Shown one piece after another: positions 25,313 to 34,891 of a stretch of 64,000 bases of DNA. The DNA is from a virus, in the IMG/VR virus record IMGVR_UViG_3300005056_000002, positions 1 to 64,000 of that record. The stretch is one strand, 5' to 3'. The translations under genes were made by a program, and so were the position numbers. Within the stretch, counting starts at the first letter, position 1; each line of letters starts with the position of its first letter. The notes under the pieces were generated by a model that was not told the DNA's origin, did not search any database, and saw nothing but the letters and a program-made list of their open reading frames with translations.

Positions 25313-27180
25313 TGGGGATAGCTAAATTTTTCGACTTCGGTGATGGTATCGCCAAGTTTGTTTGGGTAGGGGCAAATATGACTGCATTTGACCTACCCTA
25401 CATTATGTTCTTGACAGGAAATAATGGTGCGGTTAAAGTAGAGGTCCAAGGAATCCTAGGAGGGAATATTATCTACGAAGAAGTCTTCGAGCATAATAGT
25501 CCAATCTTTGTTGGAGGTACTACGGCTCATGCTTCTAGACTAATTGTAAATGTAGTACTCCCTGTACAGGTGGATACTTGTGTTGTTACTGTATTACTTT
25601 ACGCCCCTATATCTATAACGGGGTTATCTTTCCCTGTACAGTACACAAACTTAATAGCAACTGACTTCAATGGGATGAAAGAAATGAAGAACTGCCTTAC
25701 TTATGTAGCAAATTCAAATGCTTCTATACCTATCCCAGAAGCTATATTTACAGCTACCGAGCTTACTGCTATTAATGTACTAACTGTATCTAATGTAACC
25801 AACATTGACCCTAGACTACAAGGGCTATCTCACCTCAACATACTAAAGTTAGGGTTTGCTAGTTCGGAGGTTATTGATACTGATGTTTTACTAGGTATGC
25901 CTGTGTTATCAGAGTTTTTCTTATACGTTTATAGTAGGGTTATTAATGATGCTTTTATGGAGTTTTCTACAGCCTTTCAAGCACATACTGTACTTACAAA
26001 ATTAGTACTAGGTAGAAGTGGTGTTTTTTCGAAAATACCTGAAACCATAGCCAACTTAAACTTAAAAGAGTTTTGGCTACAGTATGCAAACCTGTCAACA
26101 ACCGCCCCTAATATAGTAAACTACCCATTAAGGTCAGGGGCAGATAACACTATTCTAGAGCTTCTGTTTATAACGGGAAATAATCAGACTACCGCTAATA
26201 TTGCTCAGTTTAACAATGTGGAGAAGTTGGTTGCCTTGATTAAAATAAGATTCCTTGTAGTGTATGCTAGTGCTGCTAAAAATACAGAGCAACTAAACCA
26301 TATATATGAAATGGTGTACTCTAAGGTATACTATAGACCAGGTAATACTCATTCAGACTTAAGTTTAGCTAGTGGATACTTCTCTACATTAGGAGTTGCA
26401 CCTACAGTAAATACTTTTGTTCATCCTGCTTTCCGAACAATAGAGAATGTAGACAATGGGCTTAAGGTGGTGGATAGAGTATTTAGTAATCAACTTCTCG
26501 ACTTACGTAGAGATGGTTTGACTGCGATTGGTAGTTATTACACCACTATACGCAGACAAGGTTTACAGCTAGAGGGTAATAACGTAGATTATGTTCTATT
26601 AGCCAACCCTATTACTTTAGCTAGTAATAGTAATTGGTATGTAGAGTATGAAGGTACGTTAGAAGATATCTACATAGGTTCAAGTAGTGTATTTAACACC
26701 TTGGCATTTGGTGACGGCTCTGGTGTTAATGACCTCGTATTCACTCTTAGAGGGTCAGTTTCTTATTTTGCCCCTCAAGAACAACCTACAACAACTACTA
26801 CCTTTAATTCTACTAAGTATGCTAAGATAAGGTTCGAGTTTGATGGAGCAATTAATGACGAGTTAAGGGTGTACTATAATCATATACTAGTTTTTACAAG
26901 TCAACCTACAATTGGTAAAGGTAACTTAGTAATTGAAAGTATAGGAGTTAGAGGTGCTGATGGTTCAAGTCCTGCTTATCCCGCAGGGGCTAATGCTCCT
27001 TATACATCTACCTGTTTTATGTCTTACTTAGATATAAACGGTGATATATATGACTTTAATGAAACTACTGGCAATTCAATAACATCTAGTCTAGGTAATC
27101 TAGCGGAGATTAAAACAAAAGAACCAACAGGGGCTACCTACATTGATACGATGTGGCAAACTAAGGATATTAATATGTAA
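25312..27180 (+). CDS. tail fibre / receptor-binding protein with repeat region and C-terminal LamG-like domain
   Basis: 622 aa. The middle has leucine-rich-repeat-like periodicity (LTAINVLTVSNVTNIDPRLQGLSHLNILKLGF...). The C-terminus (..DLVFTLRGSVSYF..KIRFEFDGAINDELRVYYNHILVF) looks like a concanavalin/LamG jelly-roll. Confidence 0.45.
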   Translation: MGIAKFFDFGDGIAKFVWVGANMTAFDLPYIMFLTGNNGAVKVEVQGILGGNIIYEEVFEHNSPIFVGGTTAHASRLIVNVVLPVQVDTCVVTVLLYAPISITGLSFPVQYTNLIATDFNGMKEMKNCLTYVANSNASIPIPEAIFTATELTAINVLTVSNVTNIDPRLQGLSHLNILKLGFASSEVIDTDVLLGMPVLSEFFLYVYSRVINDAFMEFSTAFQAHTVLTKLVLGRSGVFSKIPETIANLNLKEFWLQYANLSTTAPNIVNYPLRSGADNTILELLFITGNNQTTANIAQFNNVEKLVALIKIRFLVVYASAAKNTEQLNHIYEMVYSKVYYRPGNTHSDLSLASGYFSTLGVAPTVNTFVHPAFRTIENVDNGLKVVDRVFSNQLLDLRRDGLTAIGSYYTTIRRQGLQLEGNNVDYVLLANPITLASNSNWYVEYEGTLEDIYIGSSSVFNTLAFGDGSGVNDLVFTLRGSVSYFAPQEQPTTTTTFNSTKYAKIRFEFDGAINDELRVYYNHILVFTSQPTIGKGNLVIESIGVRGADGSSPAYPAGANAPYTSTCFMSYLDINGDIYDFNETTGNSITSSLGNLAEIKTKEPTGATYIDTMWQTKDINM

Positions 27181-27191
27181 ATAATTAAATT

Positions 27192-27791
27192 ATGAAAACA
27201 GCATCTATTATCAGTATAGATATAAGTTCTAGAGTAGAGCAAAGTAAAATAAACAACGGAGAGCTAATAGGCTTAAAGTTTAAGTTAGGGAAGTCTATAG
27301 TAGAGAGGACTGTCGGTAAGGACTCTTTTGATATGATAGACGTTACTATATTAGTAGACGGAGTACCTACTGTAACACAAGTACCTGAGATACTATTCTT
27401 AACTAGCGTGTATAACTACGTAATCAAGCCTTTGGAGATCGGTAATAAGATACTTACTCCTAAGTTTGAGAATGGGGTATTTAACTTACTAACTAGGCTA
27501 AAGAATAGTGATGGTACTTATACAGAAATCTTTGATTACAACTACCAGTTAATACTAAGTAACTATGGTAGAGAAACTAAGATTGTTAACTTGGCTTTGA
27601 ACTCTAACGTAGTTTCACAAGCAGAAATTGATGGAGCAGCTTTCAGCGGTTTCACCATAAGCAACGTTGCAGAAGGGATTCAGATAGTGTCAGAGCAGAA
27701 AGAATTTAATATTAACATTATCAGGAATGATGATACTTTGGACGTTTGGAGCGATGTAAATGGCTTCAACAACGGAGAATTTAAAGTTTAA
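27192..27791 (+). CDS. hypothetical tail-module protein (199 aa)
   Basis: Co-directional ORF. Confidence 0.5.
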   Translation: MKTASIISIDISSRVEQSKINNGELIGLKFKLGKSIVERTVGKDSFDMIDVTILVDGVPTVTQVPEILFLTSVYNYVIKPLEIGNKILTPKFENGVFNLLTRLKNSDGTYTEIFDYNYQLILSNYGRETKIVNLALNSNVVSQAEIDGAAFSGFTISNVAEGIQIVSEQKEFNINIIRNDDTLDVWSDVNGFNNGEFKV

Positions 27792-28233
27792 AGAAATGGA
27801 TAAGAGCCTATATTACAAAGATTATATAGCTCTAGGTAAAGAAGCAGAACTAGAAAGAGGTTTTGCTTCTATGCGCTTAGAGATAGAGGATTCACCCCTA
27901 TTTGTTAAGAGATTAGTAGAGGTCGCCATAGAGAACTATAAGGAGAATAAGTTCTCTTATGATGGGGCTACCTTTGTTAAAGAACGTTATGAACACACAA
28001 GATTCGAAGCCGCAGCTTTCCCTCATGATATGCTGAATGGTTTAGGTTATGTAGGTTATAACGTAGATTTACTCTTTATGATTACTATGTTTACTTTAGG
28101 GTATCCTAAAGGTATGGTATTCAGAAGGGTCTTTCTTATGTTTGTTGGTACTAGTATCAATGTGTGGAGACATAAGAAGTTTAAGAAGAAGAATTATAAG
28201 GGAGATATTAACATTAATAATTATTTAAACTAA
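27760..28233 (+). CDS. hypothetical protein with hydrophobic C-terminal half (157 aa)
   Basis: ORF overlapping the upstream gene by 32 nt; an alternative ATG at 27796 is possible. Contains AAFPHDMLNGLGY followed by hydrophobic segments. Confidence 0.45.
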   Translation: MASTTENLKFKEMDKSLYYKDYIALGKEAELERGFASMRLEIEDSPLFVKRLVEVAIENYKENKFSYDGATFVKERYEHTRFEAAAFPHDMLNGLGYVGYNVDLLFMITMFTLGYPKGMVFRRVFLMFVGTSINVWRHKKFKKKNYKGDININNYLN

Positions 28234-28240
28234 ACACACA

Positions 28241-30559
28241 ATGGCAAAACTAGTATACGATAATGGGGGACTCGTCTTAGTAGAAATAGATGGGGTAGAA
28301 AAGATGCAAATCTTAAAGGGGGACTTTGTTCCTGAGTTTGATCTCCTTCATGTTATTATAAGTAACACGAAGAATGAAAATAAAGAAAAGATACTTTACG
28401 CTGAATTACTTAATAAGGACTCAGTACCAGTAGGAGATAGGTTAGCTTGTATAACCTATCTAGCGAATTACATACCTTTTAGACGTGCCTCAGAGAGTGG
28501 GGCAGGCTTAACAGCCCAACAACAAGCTACCTTAGACCACATCATTTATAATTTTAGTACAGATCAGCTAGAAGCAGATAGAGCTATTGTAACAATTCTA
28601 AACACATTTAGCTTATCTAATATACATGATATGACCTCAATTGGGGAAAATATTGTATTTAAGAATAACGCTTCTAAGATAACTTGGTCGCCTTTATGGT
28701 TAGGGGTGAAAGAACAACATATTCCAGCTTATCAAGGTAAGTTAGGAGTAATTCAAGCTTCGGGTAGAGATTATTCTAATTCTTATGTTATACAGCAAGG
28801 AAGTTCCGCAGCATCTAGTGGGTCAATTCCTTACGAATCAACATCTGTATTAGGAGTGTCAAGTGCAGCATGGGCTTTAAAACCTACTGTAGCGGAAGCT
28901 GTATTAGATACAGATTATTTATTTTACGAAGTCTACTACGGTAGTGACGATACAGGACTGAAAGCTTATGAACAAGTATTAAACGGAGTAGCCTTTAGTA
29001 TTGGAGATCCTTTATACTCTTTAGACCCTGCTGACAATGTAACACCCTTGGATATGTGGTACTTTAAGCAGCAAGCAGAGTTCCATATAGGTTCTGAATT
29101 GTACTTTAGGATAACTAAAAGTAATTCAAGAGATTCAGCTAGAACTATATTAAACGTTAGACCTGATAGTGTTACTTCATCAAATTACTTTGTTGAAGTT
29201 AGGCTTAGGGACTTTACAGATTTAGATGTAGAATACATAAGTCCTTTCCTAAATTACGAGGGGATGAATTTCAGTACAGATGACACCAACACCAACATTA
29301 TATTTTCAGACCATGTAACTGACGAAGCGTTAAAACCCTTCTTTATAAATGAGTTAAAAGCTATTGATAATGGTATTGGAGGTATTCAAGTGTATATCAA
29401 AGATGGAGCAAAGGTTTACATCAAAGAGTTAGATATTGATAAAACTTATATAGATGGAATCCTTGTTACTCAGACCTTAACTACAGCGGTAAACGAACTT
29501 AACTCCTTGTTTAGTAACACAGGAACATCAACAGATGCTTTACCTATTATAACTTCTAGTTTAGTCCTTAATCTAGTCGCAGGGGAATCTTTAAATCATT
29601 TATTTGAAGCTACTTATGGCTCGGAAGTCATATGGGATTTTTCAAGCGTTTTAAGTGTTACTACAAAGGAGGGTAATAATTGGAATGTAGTAGGGGGAGA
29701 TTTACTTACCGAAGCGACCTACAATGTACCTGTTATTGCTAGAAATTCAAATGGCTCAACTACAGGTATACTAGTTATAATTGTATCTGCTCCTGCTTAC
29801 GCAAATACAAAGGCAATAAGATTTAACAACAACGACTACCTACAAGCAACAGCAACAACATCAAATCCTTTCTATAGGGCAGCAAATGGCACAGGAGTAT
29901 CTGATGCTTGGACCTCTGTGGTATGGTTTAAAGGAGGTACTAATGGAAGTAGTAAGCAAACTATATATTCTTTTGGAGGTAATGATGAAGACAATGAAGG
30001 GCGTGTATGGTTGAAGTGGGATGCGTCAGGAGGAAACAAACGTATTGTATTAAGATACGGAACTAAGAACAACCATTTAAGTTGGAAAACACCTGTAAAT
30101 AGTTTTCTCAAAGAGATTTGGGGTCAAGTTATAGTTACTTACACAGGAAACCCTACAGGACAAGACCAAAATGACCTCAACGATTATTTCGGCACAGTTA
30201 AAATAGCTATAGATGGGGTAAATCAAGTATTAACCACAGAGCATAGTAATGATGGTTGGAGTGGGTCTATAAAGGCAGAGGTATTTAAGTTAGGAGAGTC
30301 CGCTTTCGGAGGGGATCATTTAAGGAATAATTGTATTATGGATGAACTATATACTTTTCATAGTGACCAATCTTCAAACATTACAGATATTTATAACGGA
30401 GGTACAACTCATGATGCATCTCTATTAACAACACCTCCTTCACATTATTGGAGAATGGGGGATGGCGATACATACCCTATTGTACAGGATAATATAGGGT
30501 CTTTACATTTTACGCAGAACAATCAATCATCAGCGGATACCGTTAATGATGTACCATAG
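28241..30559 (+). CDS. tail fibre / receptor-binding protein with C-terminal LamG (concanavalin-like) domain
   Basis: 772 aa. The C-terminal ~220 aa read like Laminin_G_3: AIRFNNNDYLQA..., SDAWTSVVWFKGG, IYSFGG, VWLKWD, IVLRYG, VKIAIDGV, DELYTF. Confidence 0.6.
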   Translation: MAKLVYDNGGLVLVEIDGVEKMQILKGDFVPEFDLLHVIISNTKNENKEKILYAELLNKDSVPVGDRLACITYLANYIPFRRASESGAGLTAQQQATLDHIIYNFSTDQLEADRAIVTILNTFSLSNIHDMTSIGENIVFKNNASKITWSPLWLGVKEQHIPAYQGKLGVIQASGRDYSNSYVIQQGSSAASSGSIPYESTSVLGVSSAAWALKPTVAEAVLDTDYLFYEVYYGSDDTGLKAYEQVLNGVAFSIGDPLYSLDPADNVTPLDMWYFKQQAEFHIGSELYFRITKSNSRDSARTILNVRPDSVTSSNYFVEVRLRDFTDLDVEYISPFLNYEGMNFSTDDTNTNIIFSDHVTDEALKPFFINELKAIDNGIGGIQVYIKDGAKVYIKELDIDKTYIDGILVTQTLTTAVNELNSLFSNTGTSTDALPIITSSLVLNLVAGESLNHLFEATYGSEVIWDFSSVLSVTTKEGNNWNVVGGDLLTEATYNVPVIARNSNGSTTGILVIIVSAPAYANTKAIRFNNNDYLQATATTSNPFYRAANGTGVSDAWTSVVWFKGGTNGSSKQTIYSFGGNDEDNEGRVWLKWDASGGNKRIVLRYGTKNNHLSWKTPVNSFLKEIWGQVIVTYTGNPTGQDQNDLNDYFGTVKIAIDGVNQVLTTEHSNDGWSGSIKAEVFKLGESAFGGDHLRNNCIMDELYTFHSDQSSNITDIYNGGTTHDASLLTTPPSHYWRMGDGDTYPIVQDNIGSLHFTQNNQSSADTVNDVP

Positions 30560-30577
30560 AACTTAAACATATAAAAG

Positions 30578-30850
30578 ATGTCAAAACAAGAATCAATGCA
30601 AGAGAAGATACAAAATTCTTCTCCCAAGTTCGCACTAGCGTTTTGTGCAGTATTCTTATGTACAGGACTTACCTTAAGAATAATAGGGTTAGATATTACA
30701 ACCCCACTAAACGCATACTTTATAGCTAAGGCTAAACAGATGGAAACTTCTGTACCTAGTTATAGTAAGGAGTTAATAGAGGATATAAAACAGTTAAAGT
30801 TGGACGTAGAGAGACTAAAAGAAGTGTCTCACCCTCCAAGATTAAAGTAA
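30578..30850 (+). CDS. small membrane protein (1 TM plus coiled C-terminus, 90 aa)
   Basis: TM segment FALAFCAVFLCTGLTLRIIGL. Last ORF before the hairpin-rich spacer. Holin-like size, but no family recognised. Confidence 0.45.
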   Translation: MSKQESMQEKIQNSSPKFALAFCAVFLCTGLTLRIIGLDITTPLNAYFIAKAKQMETSVPSYSKELIEDIKQLKLDVERLKEVSHPPRLK

Positions 30851-30856
30851 TAAAAT

Positions 30857-30892
30857 ATGGTGGTATAGCCTATGTGTATAGGCTATTACCAT
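30857..30892 (+). promoter_or_regulatory. strong stem-loop after 30578..30850
   Basis: 9-bp perfect core TATAGCCTAT-gtgt-ATAGGCTAT(T)A, extendable to ~13 bp with one bulge. No adjacent T-run. Confidence 0.4.
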
Positions 30893-30913
30893 CATAAAAA
30901 TAATAGTATTTTT

Positions 30914-30954
30914 CACAAAAACATTTTGTATCTTTATGCAAAATGTTTTTTGTG
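30914..30954 (+). terminator. A/T-rich 15-bp inverted repeat (possible bidirectional terminator or operator)
   Basis: CACAAAAACATTTTG - 10 nt - CAAAATGTTTTTTGTG (one extra T). Lies 22 nt before the ATG of 30976. Confidence 0.4.
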
Positions 30955-30975
30955 TTAATAAAATAATGTAAACCA

Positions 30976-31641
30976 ATGGAGAATTTACCTACTATTATCT
31001 CTACGGCTGCTGCTTCTATTACTGCTGCTTATCTTGCTTATAACAAGATAGTTTCGGTAGTAAAGAAGAAGAAAGCCAAAAGAGAGCCCCCACTAGAGGA
31101 AGATCAAGGAGACTACAATAAGTCCTCCTATGATAGATTGATTGATCTAAAGATTACTAATACGCTACAAAGGTCTTCGGAACGAATGTTCACTAAGACT
31201 AAAGCTTCAAAGCTAGTCATTCTAGTAGCTATTAATGGGGAGTTTGCTCCTAACAGAATTACCGCTATCTTTGAAGAGAGACAAGATAGGGAGAGTAGGC
31301 TTAACTCAGTTAGTAAGTACAACAACATCGTTATTGATGACCACTTCAAGATGCTATTAAAAAAGGTAGAGAAGGAAGGTTACGTACTAAACAGTACAAT
31401 GAAGATGCCAGGTGGGTTACTAAAGACCTTCTACTACTTAGACGAGGTTACGCATAGTCTTATCTACTTTATTAAGAGAGAATCTTTAAGTAGTAATGAG
31501 GACGTTATTGTGTTCTGTAGTGTAGAGACACAAGCTAGTACTAAGTTTACACAAAATGAAATAATTCAAATCAAGACTGAGATAGAGGGTAAAATTACTC
31601 CTGCTATCGAAGACCTAATTAAAGACGACTACAATGACTGA
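30976..31641 (+). CDS. N-terminally anchored membrane protein (221 aa)
   Basis: TM LPTIISTAAASITAAYLAYNKIVSVV followed by KKKKAKRE. First ORF after the 125-nt spacer. Confidence 0.5.
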   Translation: MENLPTIISTAAASITAAYLAYNKIVSVVKKKKAKREPPLEEDQGDYNKSSYDRLIDLKITNTLQRSSERMFTKTKASKLVILVAINGEFAPNRITAIFEERQDRESRLNSVSKYNNIVIDDHFKMLLKKVEKEGYVLNSTMKMPGGLLKTFYYLDEVTHSLIYFIKRESLSSNEDVIVFCSVETQASTKFTQNEIIQIKTEIEGKITPAIEDLIKDDYND

Positions 31642-32095
31642 TTTCCCCAATTTTCCAGTAGCCCAACTAAAGATAATTAGAAAGTGGATAAGTGCTAGAA
31701 GCACTATCGGTAAACTATATCTTAATGGTAAATTCTTCTGCTATACCTTAGAAGATACTTTAAGACCTTATGGTATTAAGGTTAAGAGTGAAACAGGTAT
31801 ACCAGCAGGACTATATGATGTATTAATAAGTAAGTCTGCTCGGTTTAAGAGAGACATGCCTATGATATTCACGGAAGACAATGGGTATGAAATCAAGAAG
31901 GAAGGTATATCTTTCAAAGGTGTACGTATACATGGAGGTAATACTCATAAGAATACAGATGCCTGTGTGTTGGTAGCTTATAACAAGATAGATGCTGATA
32001 CCATACAAGGTTCAGCTGAAAGAGACTTGGTTAAAGCTCTTAAAGAGTATACAGAGATTACACTAGAGATAGTAAACAAACAATTAAAATCATGA
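31634..32095 (+). CDS. YkuD-like / L,D-peptidase-like protein (possible cell-wall enzyme)
   Basis: 153 aa. GKLYLNGKFFCYTLED...GIPAGLYDV...VRIHGGNTHKNTDACVLVA gives a His-Gly...Cys pattern like the HG(S/T)..GC motif of L,D-transpeptidase-fold enzymes. Flanked by membrane proteins. Weak call. Confidence 0.35.
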   Translation: MTDFPNFPVAQLKIIRKWISARSTIGKLYLNGKFFCYTLEDTLRPYGIKVKSETGIPAGLYDVLISKSARFKRDMPMIFTEDNGYEIKKEGISFKGVRIHGGNTHKNTDACVLVAYNKIDADTIQGSAERDLVKALKEYTEITLEIVNKQLKS

Positions 32096-32769
32096 GTAAA
32101 ACAATAAGAAATCTAATAATCGCTATACTTGGTATAGCGATTTTAGTCATTTTAGCAAAGTACTTTAAAGATAAGATAATAGTTAGTTTAGGTGGTTACA
32201 CTACCAAAACAACTAAGACAATAATTGAAGAAGTACTAGTAAAAGGAAAGGTAGATACTGCTGCTGTATTCAACCATTACGTTAAGACCCACGGTATTAA
32301 TTTGAATCCGAAGGGGAAGGTAATTTATAAGTATCTCCCTGTAAAAGATAAGAGTGGAGTCAAAGGTGTCAAGATAGATAGTCTAAAGAAGTTCACAGTT
32401 AAGATTAAGGATAGCCTAATAGAAGGAAAGTTTACTATCTACAATAAGTTTAACGGTGATTTAGAATCTAGTATCTTTAAGTATAAACCTTTCTTCCCTA
32501 AGTACATAACTAGGACAGATACAATATTCAGAACTAAAACAATAACAGAGACACTAACTAGAGATAGGAGTTTGTTTGGTATAGGTGGGGGATATAACAG
32601 CCTCCGCTATATACTATTACAGGGGAGTTATACAACCAAAAGTAAGTGGCAGTTCATCTACTCATATGGTAAATCTTTTGATAAGGCTAAGATACTAATC
32701 AATAATGGTGTACCTTTTACCTTTGAAACTGATGACTTACATTCCTTCTCAATCATAAAACATTTCTAA
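32092..32769 (+). CDS. signal-anchored protein (225 aa)
   Basis: N-terminal TM IRNLIIAILGIAILVILAKYF, then a Lys-rich beta-like sequence. ATGA overlap upstream. Confidence 0.5.
   Translation: MSKTIRNLIIAILGIAILVILAKYFKDKIIVSLGGYTTKTTKTIIEEVLVKGKVDTAAVFNHYVKTHGINLNPKGKVIYKYLPVKDKSGVKGVKIDSLKKFTVKIKDSLIEGKFTIYNKFNGDLESSIFKYKPFFPKYITRTDTIFRTKTITETLTRDRSLFGIGGGYNSLRYILLQGSYTTKSKWQFIYSYGKSFDKAKILINNGVPFTFETDDLHSFSIIKHF
32601..32625 (+). repeat. ACTCC-N-ACAGGG motif copy (inside 32092..32769, phase 2)
   Basis: CCTCCGCTATATACTATTACAGGGG, spacer 13. The 5' box is CCTCC. Confidence 0.7.
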
Positions 32770-33398
32770 TGGCAAGTTTAAATAACATAGCAGAGAATAT
32801 AGCCTTCAACCAAGGAGAGCAATTTAACGATACCCTTAAACAAAGTGTTAAGGATAGTATTGTAGACCATAGAGCCTTATTCATAAGACAAGATATAGAA
32901 AAAGGTGGTCTTAGTTTCATGGATTATATACAGTCCTTTGAAGTAGAACTAGAAGAAGTTGATCGACCAGGTGGTGGTACTCAACTTAGAAGTAAGCAAA
33001 GAGTACCCTTACCATTAAGGATAAAGAGTAATGGTAGAAGTAATTTCAAATTTGTGGGTAGTATTGATAGAGCCAAGACTTTTAGCTTTGAACACCAACA
33101 AGCTTTTAAATATATGTGTCACTTGCCTTTACAAGGTAATGTGGTTTATTATACTTATGAGAATGGTCACATTGTAGTGATGGGAACATTAAGACCTTGT
33201 AAGATATTAATAGAAGGTGTAATGGCAGACCCAAGACTGGTAGAGGATTGTAACGAACCTCATATCTTCCCTGATGATAAAGAGTTCCCTGTGCCACAGG
33301 ATATGATAGTGAAGTTAAAAACACTAATCAAAAGAGAATTTTTACATAACCCTAAAGACGGACAAGAAGTCCATATAGAACAAGATGATAGACCTTAA
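32769..33398 (+). CDS. hypothetical structural-module protein (209 aa)
   Basis: TAATG overlap with the upstream gene. Confidence 0.5.
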   Translation: MASLNNIAENIAFNQGEQFNDTLKQSVKDSIVDHRALFIRQDIEKGGLSFMDYIQSFEVELEEVDRPGGGTQLRSKQRVPLPLRIKSNGRSNFKFVGSIDRAKTFSFEHQQAFKYMCHLPLQGNVVYYTYENGHIVVMGTLRPCKILIEGVMADPRLVEDCNEPHIFPDDKEFPVPQDMIVKLKTLIKREFLHNPKDGQEVHIEQDDRP

Positions 33399-34191
33399 AG
33401 TAATGTATGAGTTGTACGTAAGGAACTTAGATGCACAAGCAACTAAGACCATAGATGCTAGACCAGCTTTGGAAGAAGCAGTAGCAACTCTAGGTACGCT
33501 TATCAAAGGACAAGAAAGACTCTTGACCGAATACTGTAAGACTGATGTAGCTACAATATTAGCTGCATCTAGTAAAACAATATTGTCTACTATAAAGTTC
33601 CCTATAATGGATTTATATGAGGATGGTAAGAAGTTAAACTTCGCTATCCTTAAGATGTACGTAACAAGGTACGTAGATTGCAATAGAGCATTACGTGCTA
33701 ATCTAAGGAAAGAAGAACTAGCTAAAGTTAAGCATATTAACTTTACTTTATATAGAATGATTATAATGAAGTTCAGTAGGAAGATGGTCGATAAGATTGT
33801 AGAAGGAGGGTATAGCCACAAGCTAGTACCCTCTTTTGGTGGTTTTACTGTATATGGTGTAGAGAGTAGAAGAAAGAGGATTAACTGGGGTCAGAGTATT
33901 AAGAATAGAGACGCTATTTACGCTAAAGGTGGAATACCTTATGTGAAGGAAGCTGCTTTATTTCTTGATGATTATAAAGGAGAAAAATGGATGGTTTACC
34001 GCCCACCCTTGGATTATTTCGTGCGTTGGGACAAGCCTAACGACCAATATTTGGAATATAATCCAATTATGAAGGATTACTTTTATAGGGCTGCTAGGGG
34101 CAAAAAATCAATAGCAATGCAGCTATGTGAGTACAAACAAGATGGAGATAGAGCTAAAGAACTATACATACACATAAAGAGAAAAGAATGA
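33385..34191 (+). CDS. hypothetical structural-module protein (268 aa)
   Basis: Co-directional ORF with 14-nt overlap. Confidence 0.5.
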   Translation: MIDLKVMYELYVRNLDAQATKTIDARPALEEAVATLGTLIKGQERLLTEYCKTDVATILAASSKTILSTIKFPIMDLYEDGKKLNFAILKMYVTRYVDCNRALRANLRKEELAKVKHINFTLYRMIIMKFSRKMVDKIVEGGYSHKLVPSFGGFTVYGVESRRKRINWGQSIKNRDAIYAKGGIPYVKEAALFLDDYKGEKWMVYRPPLDYFVRWDKPNDQYLEYNPIMKDYFYRAARGKKSIAMQLCEYKQDGDRAKELYIHIKRKE

Positions 34192-34889
34192 ACGGATTTA
34201 AACTAGTATCAAGCAAACAGCTTATAGCCGAACTATATCAGGACTTTAATATAAGTAACGATGATTGGGTTAATAAAGCACAAAGACACATAACTAGAGG
34301 TATAGAGCTTATGGGAGTAGATGGATACTTCGAGAGAGCCTATCTAGTACAAGATGTAGTAGAGTACCAAGCACCCTTACCATGTGATAGTAAGAATATC
34401 TTAGCTATATTAACTAATGTTAATGGTACAGTCCACAGACTGCCATTAACTAAGTCTTTAGCTTTAGGTATGGACTTTAGTGGTATATCAGACCATAGTA
34501 TCTATCAAGGAGGTATAAACCATGATATGCTAAGAACTAACTTTCAGGAAGGGAAGGTACTGTATATCTATAATAGAATACCTAAAGACACTGAGGGGGA
34601 TTTACTTATACCTGATAATGCATGGTTGCTAGAAGCAATACCATTCTTCGTCATCTATAAGATGTCTCTAACTGGTTATAAGCATCCTGTAGTAAGCTAC
34701 CAAATGGCTAAGGACGAATGGAGAGCTTTATACCCTAGAGCTAAGAACAACCTGAATTTCCCTTCTGTAGAGGAAATGCATAGGTATACTAAGATGGTAA
34801 ATAACCCTGTATTCACAGATATTATTAACGAGGATTGGAACACGCTAGGCGAAGGCTCAGTAGCTGCAACTCCTATATTTGATTATTAA
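34188..34889 (+). CDS. hypothetical structural-module protein (233 aa)
   Basis: ATGA overlap with the upstream gene. Confidence 0.5.
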   Translation: MNGFKLVSSKQLIAELYQDFNISNDDWVNKAQRHITRGIELMGVDGYFERAYLVQDVVEYQAPLPCDSKNILAILTNVNGTVHRLPLTKSLALGMDFSGISDHSIYQGGINHDMLRTNFQEGKVLYIYNRIPKDTEGDLLIPDNAWLLEAIPFFVIYKMSLTGYKHPVVSYQMAKDEWRALYPRAKNNLNFPSVEEMHRYTKMVNNPVFTDIINEDWNTLGEGSVAATPIFDY

Positions 34890-34891
34890 TT

